Source: Ginkgo biloba (taxonomy: Eukaryota > Plantae > Ginkgophyta). Taken from it: 24,734 nucleotides of DNA. Location of the stretch: positions 28,605,670 to 28,630,403 of the forward strand of contig JANKJI020000002.1 of NCBI GenBank assembly GCA_024626585.2, in the 5' to 3' direction. Both the position numbers and the translations under genes were made by a program. Shown here piece by piece: positions 1-9,790 of this stretch (the first letter of the stretch is position 1; every line of letters starts with the position of its first letter). The notes under the pieces are model-generated. The model was not told the DNA's origin. It saw nothing but the letters and a program-made list of their open reading frames with translations, and did no database searches.

Positions 1-577
1 TAAAATGTGGGTTGGGCATTAAACTATATGGGAGAGATAAGGCGAAACTGAAAACTGTGTTGGGTATTATTTTCTACACAAATCACTTTATGACCTTTCT
101 TGCTATATTAGCCCTTAATAGGGCATACACTTGCCTCCATATAGGCTCATGACCATTGTTTTTGAAGTTGTTGAGAAGGACTATGCTTCTAAATGCTCGT
201 CTTCATCAAATTATGATGTTTGTTGTTCTTAAAAATCACTATAAGCTTCAATCTCTTTAGAAGGAAATCTGATTTGATTGGTTGATGGAGTATGATAGAG
301 AGAGAATGTCTTAAATTTTAGTGTGACATGGCTAGGTTGTGACATTAGCATTCGAGTGGTGGATCAGTGAAAGACCTGCCTAATTGGTATTTTGGATGAT
401 TTGGTGATTTTAGTGGCAGGGAATAAAACTCCTAAAAAAATTCTAGTAATAAAAACGACGTACAATATGAAGTTCCCTGCTGATTGTCACAAGGGCAATT
501 CAAGATTAGGGAAGCAAATTTTGACATTTAAGATGAAATAGTTCTAGCACATGTTGTCGCTAGTTACAACCACATCT

Positions 578-1176
578 TGTTGGGAGTGAAATGATGAAGA
601 TGTCTATTTAATTGATTTTGCCCATGAAGATGAGAGTTTTTGCTTTGATATGTCTTATCATTGAGCATGCTGATTTTTGGAAGAACCAAATTGTTGGACG
701 AGGAAATTGACACATGTTGGAAATGGTTCAGATCGACACTGACAACTGTCGGGAGGAGCGCAGCCGACACCTACATGGAGTAGTCATCAACATTGACGCC
801 GATAAAGGATAACGCCTCGTGAGTCTACACCGACATGAGTTGATCAACTGATAAGGTCGGGGTAGACCTCACTAGTTCTTCATAGATGCTATCGGGGAAT
901 CCCGACATCAGCTCGCCGACATCATCTCACAGATAATAGCCAAAGTTGTTCTCCAACACCGACGAGTGAGCCGACACAAGTCTCCGATTTGTTCTATAGA
1001 ATGTAATTGCTGCGATGGTTATTTAACCGTCTGCACTCTGTATATATATCAGACATAGGATAGGATGAAGTAGTAGAAACTGATGATGTATTATGATGTA
1101 ATGGATTTATGTACTTGTGTCTTGTACTCTCTGAATTAGTAATATAAGGATTGGATGGTTTTCCACAAATATAGTG
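578..1176 (+). mobile_element. LTR fragment (possibly Copia-type), 5' end at TG 578, truncated by a 100-N gap
   Basis: Starts TGTTGG at 578. CpG-rich U3-like segment with repeated CCGAC motifs (747-976), TATATATAT at 1041-1049, then an AT-rich R/U5-like tail with GGTTTTCCAC just before the gap. No purine tract upstream, so it would be a 5' or solo LTR. The 3' CA end is not visible. Confidence 0.5.
747..1049 (+). promoter_or_regulatory. Putative LTR promoter: cluster of RCCGAC (DRE/CRT core) and CCGACA/TGTCGG (AuxRE) motifs upstream of a TATA box
   Basis: RCCGAC at 763, 829, 915, 958 and 970. CCGACA at 764, 830, 902, 916 and 971, plus TGTCGG at 747. TATATATAT at 1041-1049. Confidence 0.4.
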
Positions 1177-1666
1177 NNNNNNNNNNNNNNNNNNNNNNNN
1201 NNNNNNNNNNNNNNNNNNNNNNNNNNNNNNNNNNNNNNNNNNNNNNNNNNNNNNNNNNNNNNNNNNNNNNNNNNNNAGGATGAGAAATTATATGATCGTA
1301 CGTCTTTAGATTTGGGTGAGAATCACATTTCGAATTGTGTGAAATAGTGGATTTTAATTTTTTTTTTGAGGGAAATGACAAGCGGCATCAAGCCTTTTTG
1401 TTGATATTAAAAGGAGCACGTTTTGGTGGATTGCAATATGGATTGATTGCTAACATTTCTAGAGGTTCAAGAGGTATACAATTGTCATTTTTGCATCTCT
1501 TTTGTGATAGCAATTCTGAAATTTGTAATTGTTAGGAAGAAGACTTGGGCAATAATATGTGATGATTTTTAGTCACAAAGTTGTCAGCAAACTCCAACAA
1601 TAAGTCTAGATTGCAAAGGTATAGCTTTATCTTTGGATGCACAACGTCATATATTTAATTGTATTA

Positions 1667-1721
1667 GTTCTTGGAAACAATAGAATATTCTTGAAAAGTT
1701 GTCATAGTTGTTTCCAAGAAC
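1667..1721. repeat. 14-bp perfect inverted repeat with a 27-nt spacer
   Basis: GTTCTTGGAAACAA (1667-1680) is the exact reverse complement of TTGTTTCCAAGAAC (1708-1721). Confidence 0.85.
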
Positions 1722-3561
1722 ACTAGTTGAACAACATGAGAATTGCATTGCATATCAAGAGAAGCAAAGGATAGTAGAGTGGAAGTTAGTTCCATAGAAG
1801 TTTTCATAGGATTCTTTTTATTGGTCCCTCGATGTAAAATTGTAGTAGGTACTGCTTATTAGATACATCAATGGGGGGAAACACTACCAATGCCAAATTA
1901 TTATGGCTTGTGTTTTGATTCATCTTTTTAAGTAGCTAAGGCAACTCAGGTGAAGCGTTTTTCTCTAGTAGCTAGTTATACAATGAAANNNNNNNNNNNN
2001 NCTTGGTGTTGGCAGCTGTCCAAGGAGCTAGTTATACAACATGAGTGGACTTGGCGGAAGGCCAAAGGCTGTTCGGCCCCTGAATCTACTGCCATGGTTA
2101 TGGAAGAGTAAATAATGATCCTCAAGAACAAATTTAGAAGACATTGTTGAGTTGCCTGAGGTGAGTTTACAAAAATATTATTGTTGGAGCCTAGTTTTCT
2201 TGCTAATGTGACTTGGAAACTAGTTTCTATGTTGGAGACTGTGTGCCAATTGCTGATGCAGCCAACCATTGCAGTGGTTGCTAGTGTTGAGGATTGAGTT
2301 AGTGGTCTAGAGACTAGGCTAAATTGCAGTTTGTCGTCTCTTTTGTTAGTGAGTGGGTGCAAGATATGCATTTAATTCCAGATGCTTGTCAGTGGTTTCA
2401 ATGTCTCTTTAGCCCTAAAATCTGGAAGAACTAGAAGAAGGGATTGATTGTTTTGGGAGGCTGGATTCTTGAGTTTGATCAGGCTTTAAAGGATCACAAT
2501 GAGACAAGTGTGAAGTTGGGAAATCAAAGCTGCAGCTGGTGCAGTTGGAACAAGAATTTAAAGATGTCTCCAAGAAGTATCAGACTGCGGATGCAGGGTG
2601 CAATTTTCATTGAGTTCTTCTAGAAGCTGAATTGAAGTTTCAGCAACAAGTGGACATACGAGAATGAAGGTGCAACAACACCAATTGATACACACCTTGC
2701 ATTTATACAATGTTCCTTTTACTATGAGATGTGGCAATCCCTATTAAAGGTTAGTTCTGACCACCCCAACAACGTTGATGGAAAATTTTGATGGGGGCAG
2801 AGAGAAGAATGTTGGACCAGGAAAATTTTGGTTATGTTGATTGCAACACAATGGGATTTGGCAAACGCATTGGACGGATGTGTGATGGTTGAGCAGTAGG
2901 TATTTGAACTTTTTGGGAAATTGGCTGATGATTACGAGGATGAGTAGGGACAGTTCTAAATTAGTCAAATTTTGCGCTTATTTGGCCAGGGTCGGAATAT
3001 GAGAATATTGCTTGGATTGTGATTATTTGTGGGATCAGAACCATTTTGTATTGGATATCATTCATTTTTAACCAGATCACAGCATCATTGTAGACTCTTC
3101 TGTCATATTTGAGTGGAACACTCAGAAGAATAATGGTTGGATAGATAAAGATGGGTGGGGAGATGGTGGTGGTATGGTGCCTATAATGTGATGTAGTTAA
3201 TTCCATATGATTTATAATATCTAACATTACTATGTAATGATTTCATTTTATCACTATACTCCTACACTAGTTTTGATGATTCCCTATATATCAGGAGAGG
3301 GCATGCCTTTTNNNNNNNNNNNNNNNNNNNNNNNNNNNNNNNNNNNNNNNNNNNNNNNNNNNNNNNNNNNNNNNNNNNNNNNNNNNNNNNNNNNNNNNNN
3401 NNNNNNNNNNNTAAATGCTGTGGTTAGTCATGTTTTAATATTGACAACAAGTTATATCAAGTGTAATTTGAAGTTTAGTTGACAGTTTGTGTCTCTGATT
3501 GCTTACCCACCTAAGGCATGGAAATAACTTACAATATTTATATATTGTGAGAAGTATTCTC

Positions 3562-3563
<2 letters not shown>

Positions 3564-3597
<34 letters not shown>
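3564..3597. repeat. (AG)17 microsatellite
   Basis: Uninterrupted AG dinucleotide run. It explains the ERERER and SLSLSL stretches in the ORF track. Confidence 0.97.
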
Positions 3598-3603
<6 letters not shown>

Positions 3604-4066
3604 GCCATTCTTACATATAAGAATGGCAAGGCACATCCTGGTCATAAAATACTCTGCCTTTTAGGCAGTGTATGTATCACCAGGGTGGAATAAGTTGGGA
3701 AATAGTTACAATGGAGAAGTATATTTTATTAGCTGCAAGGGCCAGGTAGGAGTAGAGTGGGTCCAACACAAGAGAAGGTATGGCTATCCTGAGAATTCTT
3801 GTGACATTATTGGTTGCAAGAGCCGATTGCAATAGATTATAATGCACATCACTAGGAATAGATGCTGGTCCCAAGAGGATTCGATAGTTTGATGGTCACA
3901 ACACTAGCCGTAAGGAAATTGACGTCTACTGTGACATGTATGAGGTGGTCATGATCCAAGTTAGAGACATTTATGGTTACCTCTCATTAAAGAGTTGTTT
4001 AACAATGAAGAGATCATTAATGACTAATATGTTTTGGTTGTTGAGGCAATCCATCCTTCCGTATTG

Positions 4067-4159
4067 TATTTAATGTGAAACAATGTGCATTGTAATCATC
4101 TCATCGCATGTATCCACTATTAGTAGCCACTATTTAATGTGAAACAATGCGCATTGTAA
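4067..4159. repeat. 29-bp direct repeat x2 (64-bp period), each copy containing a 14-bp palindrome
   Basis: TATTTAATGTGAAACAATG[T/C]GCATTGTAA at 4067-4095 and 4131-4159, one mismatch. ACAATGCGCATTGT in copy 2 is a perfect palindrome. Confidence 0.9.
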
Positions 4160-6582
4160 CCACTACATATTGAAACCTGTATCGTGACATTTTTATTAGT
4201 AGATCAATGTGATTGTGAGAAAATCACACCGAGTCATCTAAACTGTGCTGTGAAGTACTTCCGACTCTGCAAACTGTTTCCAAATTTCAGCCCTAATTGC
4301 CAACTGACTATAACAAATGGAATTCAGGTCCAAAAGTTGACAACAAGCATGTAAAGAGAGGGGAAGATCTCTACAATTCAATTATTGTGCAATTGGATGC
4401 TACATACATGTGTGGTGCTATCAATAACCCATGTAATACTGAGATTGCAGGAATTACCCAAAAAAATGAAAATTCTTACACATTAACTTGACAAAATGCC
4501 TTTTTGGTTTAATTTCTAGGGAATTAAGGAATTCAAATACTTTGTAGAAACAAGCAGTACAAGTATACAAGATTGAAACACAAGCTGAGAGATTTCAGAT
4601 TACAGAATTTGAAAGGAATTCCATGGATTCAAAACTGAAATGCAAATGGACAATACATAAATGAGACTGAGTGAAACAACAATATACCCAAAAATGGAAG
4701 GTGAATCAGCCATAAATTTCAGGGCAACCAATCAACACCAGAAAAGTCACTACCCGGCCTTCTAGGAGAACCATGGCATCAGAATAAGGTCTTTGCAATC
4801 AGTCTTGAGCAATCCTTTGCTCATTCTTCTGTGTGCTATCCATCTCTGAGCCTCAGGCATGCATTTAAGCAGAAAAGGCCTGGTACAAAACAAAATGTCT
4901 GAAATTCGATCAAGCCAAATGGTTTGGGGCCTCAGATGCTCTGTTTTTATAATGTCTGTCTGCTTCTATTTTTTTCCCCGTTTCATTTGTCTGGTGCTGC
5001 AGATGACCACAACTTAATGACATTTTATTTTATTTTATTCCAAATTTTGAATACAAGCACTTTTTCTTCATTTACCTTTCAATTTTTGAGGTTTTCACCA
5101 CTATTGAGTATATTTTGCATCTAAATTCACCCAGAATTGACGAGGAGCAGGGATTTTGGGCACATAGATCAGTTACTCAGTTTTCTGCACTATAATTCCA
5201 TGTTGTCAGTAGTAGTGAAAGTAATTAACAAGTCTGACCTTATTATTAAGGTTCATTTGACTGTGCTTGGTCATCAGATATGGTTGGGATTGCCCCCTAA
5301 TTGACAATTCTCTAGCTGCCATGCACACAGGTCCAAAACTACAGCCAACACAGCCTTGTGTCCATTATAATTGTTGCCTCTTGTTTGAGTGCAATAAGAG
5401 TGTGAAAATAGGCGTTGATGAATGTATCACTAAATAGCATGTGACATAATATGCTTAGAAGGTTCATTCTGAAGCATACACTTTGTGTATGCATTGATTC
5501 AAAATTCTTCTGAATCTCACGCCTAAGGGATTCAAAATAATACCAAATACGTCCCTTTTGAGGATATTAAACACAATCATCTAGGTTTCCTGTTTTGGTT
5601 CAGAGGCTAGCCATTGAGTTGATCAAAATTCCTCATTTAGAACCTTCTTCTGGTTTCTGAGCAGATGATAATGAATGGTTCTTCACTTCAAATGATTAAT
5701 TTTAGAAGGCTGACAATAATTTCTGTATTGCTGATGAATATACATTTTCTTTCTCCATGTTTATTTGTATTTCTTCACTTCACCTGTTCACCATCTGATT
5801 TTACATGTGCCTAAGTTTCCTTTGAGTATACACACCTTCTTGTTTCAATTTGCCATCAAATTTCTGTCTTCACGGTGTCCATATTGTTTTAATGCTGGGT
5901 GCTGATCCTTGTTTCAGTCCACTATCACATTTTTACTCTTTGCTGGAGTGTCATGATTGGGTAGGAATTGCTTTGTACTTAATATTGTAGATGGAGAATG
6001 CACTGTTTGACTGTCTACAGGAGTGTATAGGGTAATGCTACCACATTTTTCCTGTTTTTCTCTGAGAAGGTAGAATGAAGGAAACTCAATCCTGACTGCT
6101 TACCTGTATATGCAATTGATAGACATGGGACAAATATGCTGTATTAGTGCACTGGGTTTCATTTTGATGTAGTCTGTCTCATTTGTGATACTGGGGAACA
6201 TCAGCTCTTGTAGTGAATCTTTATTTTAGAGGAAAACATGAGCTGCTACAATATCTCTTTGTTATAATTTGAATATGTTTCCAATATTTTTCATCTGATT
6301 GATGGCTTATATCCCTGCTAAGGCTTTTTTATGGAGGAAATTTGAAAATAGGGTCTAACAAGTTGGAAGAGAATTGACTCTAGTTGTTTGTGTGAAGGGT
6401 AGCCTGTGGAGAAGCAACAGGAGCTGATTCGAGACATATTTGGAGGTTGGATTAAGTAGTATNNNNNNNNNNNNNNNNNNNNNNNNNNNNNNNNNNNNCT
6501 TTCATGTTCTATTCTTGTTCCTCTTTTCACAAATGGCTCAAGAAAAGCTTTAAAGAGCACTGAAATATGAAATCTAAAAAAT

Positions 6583-6664
6583 AAAGATGAAAAAGCTTTA
6601 GCTTCGTCATATAACAATTCTATTTCCCTCCATTACCGTGAAGAAAAGATGAAAAAGATTTAGC
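6583..6664. repeat. 20-bp direct repeat x2
   Basis: AAAGATGAAAAAG[C/A]TTTAGC at 6583-6602 and 6645-6664. Confidence 0.8.
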
Positions 6665-7850
6665 AGTTGGTGCATTCAATTTTTTCTTACTTTCTAATCT
6701 CTTTACAGAAAAATTGTGATTTTGTATGATGTTCAGTTTCNNNNNNNNNNNNNNNNNNNNNNNNNNNNNNNNNNNNNNNNNNNNNNNNNNNNNNNNNNNN
6801 NNNNNNNNNNNNNNNNNNNNNNNNNNNNNNNNNNNNNNNNAACACTGTATAATTATAGGGGTGCGTGCCATCGTGCATTGTTGCTCAAATTATATATTTC
6901 ATCACATAAGAGTCAAATGTGATCTCCTAGTACAAGAATATACTAAGTTCCCAAAATCTTGGTTACAAGTACATCATCAAAATGCTTATTCAATGCGCTT
7001 TAGTCTCTAATTATGACGTTGTGATTAGCCTCATTAATTGTGTCTTTCACAGTTGACTGTACAAGTCATCTGCTAATTCATGCATGACCTTAGCCCTNNN
7101 NNNNNNNNNNNNNNNNNNNNNNNATGTTACTGTTTTGTTTCATAAATGCTCCAAAATTGGGGTAATAAATGTTTGCTTACGTCACCCAGGTTATTTACGT
7201 TATCCTTACTAATTTGTCCCCTGCATTTAATGCTATCTTGCAACCATAAAGGCATGTTGACATCATTGATTTTGTCATAAATGCACTATGCCTACGTTAA
7301 TTGTTGTTGTCACATCATCAATATTGTCATAAATGCTATTNNNNNNNNNNCTGTAAAGGTTGATGGGTACTTCATTATTGCATCAACATGGTGAAATCAC
7401 TGTGTTTACTCGTTGGAATTTGCCCACCAATGGTTGCTTGCCATGTTTAGAATATCTTATTAACATTTTGCAAGACACTATTATCCTCAGTGTCCTCCTC
7501 AAGCAAGATGAATAAAGTTTAAAATTTTACTAAGGGGGAACTCAAGATTTGGGCAAGGTTACTTGGCTATCANNNNNNNNNNNNNNNNNNNNNCGTCTTG
7601 AGTCCATTTATCATACATGCTGCTACTCTACTTGAAGGGGTTTGTTGCTTCTCTCTTGGTCGAGTTATCATCTGATTGGCCCTTGCTTTGTGGGGAGGGG
7701 TGGATGTTAACTGATAATCACAAAATGATAAACTGGAAGGTACCAGTTTGTTTATTGTGTTTTTTTCATTTTTTTGTTGTTTTGATTATCTTTTCATGTA
7801 GTTTGTCGTTGTAGATACTGCTACCAAAACACATCTATGGTACAAGTTTT

Positions 7851-8195
7851 CTACCATGGGGGCGCATAGTGTTGATACAACCCAATACTTCCATTTACCA
7901 AATATGGTAATTGCTTGTTGTAAAAAAATTGTAATTGAACTGATCTATTCTTGTATAGATGTAAATAATTTACCCAAGTCATCACATTCTAAGTTTTCTT
8001 GGCTCGGTGCGAAAGTTGTAGTTGTATAACAACATTTTATTGCCTCTCGTGAACATTGGTGCTCTAATATGGCGATTGTGCCATGTCTTCTATCATTGCG
8101 ATTTGGCTTCGACTTGATCTTTGACTTTTTGACTCATGCTATATGATTGATTTCTATATTTTTGATCTTCCTCCAATAATCTGATATGTTGTATT
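7851..8195 (-). pseudogene. Gypsy integrase C-terminal (GPY/F-region) domain remnant
   Basis: IQHIRLLEEDQ...KTWHNRHIRAPMFTRGNKMLLYNYNFRTEPRKLRM**LG ... RSVQLQ ... YLVNGSIGLY...* compared with the consensus LEEDR...KAWHDRHI...FxxGDxVLLY...PGKLRMxWLGPY...AVQL...LVNGSRLKLY. KTWH is at 8089-8078, LVNGS at 7901-7887, and the stop at 7853-7851. Confidence 0.8.
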
Positions 8196-8214
8196 TCGAC
8201 TATAAGAGGTATAT

Positions 8215-8345
8215 CCTCAATTCCCTATATGACTAGGTGAATATTTCTTGATGTGCAGGGTAAATCACCATGTCTTGTGGTATCGTGGCCACATTCTTGT
8301 AATTACCTATCTTAGTGCATTTGGGGTGCTTCTTTATTTGTATTT
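8215..8345 (-). pseudogene. Pre-reverse-transcriptase linker of Gypsy Pol
   Basis: TNTNKEAP / PKCTKIGNYKNVATIPQDMVIYPAHQEIFT*SYRELR resembles the INIGTxExPKxxKIG...LLxEYQDxFxxSYxELKG motif that directly precedes RT in non-chromovirus Gypsy elements (recalled consensus). Confidence 0.55.
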
Positions 8346-8519
8346 GTCTCGAGCTGTGTTGTATGATGCATGTCAATAATTTCCCTACCCTCATAGTTTA
8401 ACTCTAAATGTTTTGGAGGGGTTGAGCGATCAATTGGTGTTGTGGTTTCCTCTTGTGAAAGTTTTCCTCCTCATTTTAGAAATAATTGTGGGGCATTTTC
8501 CGTTATCTTACTGTTGGAT

Positions 8520-8896
8520 GAGGACGAAAATAGCTAAAAAAGTTCCATAGCATTGTCTTCCCATGTTTTGACAATCATTTTAGTTTGTGTAGCATGGNNN
8601 NNNNNNNNNNNNNNNNNNNNNNNNNNNNNNNNNNNNNNNNNNNNNNNNNNNNNNTTCAATTTAGTTTTAGTTTTTATTTAAATTGTACATACCATTCCAA
8701 CTGATCAATCGGTAATGATGCTAGAAAGAATTATATCTATATTGTGTGAGGTATGTTGTAATTTTTTCATATTTTGTTTGTTCAATTAAATATGTTCTTC
8801 TGGTGTGTTTGTGCCATTAAATTGTGGCGATTGGGGATGGCCTCCTCCCCCAAACTTGGTGATGAAGAGTTCGTTGAGCTCATCCTAGTCTTTGGC
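8520..8896 (-). pseudogene. Tandem retrotransposon Gag/capsid-like units located downstream of the protease
   Basis: KD*DELNELFITKF (end of one unit), then PQFNGTNTPEEHI, a frameshift, and *KNYNIPHTI*I*FFLASLPIDQLEWYVQFK...N* (a full unit). After a 57-N gap comes VKTWEDNAMELF. These match the Retrotrans_gag pattern FxGxxxPxEH...F...L...WY...(T/S)WxxLxxxFxxxF. Confidence 0.65.
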
Positions 8897-9479
8897 TAAT
8901 GAATTATGGNNNNNNNNNNNNNNNNNNNNNNNNNNNNNNNNNNNNNNNNNNNNNNNNNNNNNNNNNNNNNNNNNNNNNNNNNNNNNNNNNNNNNNNNNNN
9001 NNNNNNNNNNNNNNNNNNNNNNNNNNNNNNNNNNNNNNNNNNNNNNNNNNNNNNNNNNNNNNNNNNNNNNNNNNNNNNNNNNNNNNNNNNNNNNNNNNNN
9101 NNNNNNNNNNNNNNNNNNNNNNNNNNNNNNNNNNNNNNNNNNNNNNNNNNNNNNNNNNTTGAAACATGAATGACAATTTGTTTGTTATGCTTCTTGCATC
9201 CATTTTACCATAAAGATGGCTCAATTGCATTCATTTGAACTATAATCTATTTCGATTTTTCCTTGAATATATGGCTCATGGTGATTGCCTTTAATAATGT
9301 TGTTTGATTCAATGATACAATGATAAGTTGACTTAGAATATGAATTGGCCATGGGTTTTGTTGATGTCATGGTGCTAGAGGCTTCATCTTTGATTTTTGT
9401 AATGGTTGGGTTGTTTGTAGCCATGGGCAACTCCATTGATTGGCCATCTCGACATAATGTGAAGGTGTAGTGCCACTAA

Positions 9480-9790
9480 TTTTGTAGGGATTTTGTGTCA
9501 TGCATTCAATCCTGACCTAAGAGAGTAGGGTATAACCTACCTGTGACTAACATTTTCAATACTACAAATTCTTGTAGGACAACTACACCAATGAGTGTAA
9601 TTGGGACACTTTCTCCTATCCCCAAAGGTCTGACTTGAGATTGGCTAGCCATCTTTAGTATATAATTTGTTGGTATCATCTTTGGACTTATAATGGATTT
9701 CTCAGTGCTCTCTTGAAGTTCATTAACTGCCCAATTACCATTAACAATTACCTTATAAACAACATACCCCAATAGTTGCATGGTGCCATG
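9480..9790 (-). pseudogene. Gypsy aspartic protease (retropepsin) remnant
   Basis: VIVNGNWAVNELQEST...IPTNYILKMASQSQVRPLGIGESVPITLIGVVVLQEFVVLKM...YPTLLGQD*M matches the plant Gypsy protease pattern VxVDGGSxVN...LKMADQSxVKPLG...DFVV...YPxLLGRPWL. The catalytic Asp codon reads AAT (Asn) at 9742-9740. Confidence 0.85.

Noticed and set aside
1970-2039. AGCTAGTTATACAA repeated on both sides of a short gap
   Set aside because: Cannot be distinguished from an assembly artefact at the gap.
2793-3226. PPT-like GGGGGCAGAGAGAAGAA followed by TGTTGG as a 3' LTR start
   Set aside because: No matching second LTR, no confident CA end or TSD, and no recognisable integrase or chromodomain upstream. Probably TE-derived but not callable.
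3435-3693. ORFs with ER/SL repeats
   Set aside because: Artefacts of the (AG)17 microsatellite.
4754-4770. CCGGCCTTCTAGGAGAA resembles conifer miR1314 as I recall it
   Set aside because: It matches only both ends with about 5 central nt missing, and there is no fold-back partner.
5732-5798. Box C/D snoRNA guiding 25S rRNA (GTTCACCAT complementary to AUGGUGAAC)
   Set aside because: Only 9 nt of complementarity upstream of box D, no terminal stem, and a polypyrimidine interior. Mentioned only as context for the 5409-5525 candidate.
8892-9230. ORFs made mostly of X here and at the other gaps (1136, 3237, 6620-7010, 16700-17120, 20149-20441, 21375)
   Set aside because: They are open only because they run through N-gaps.
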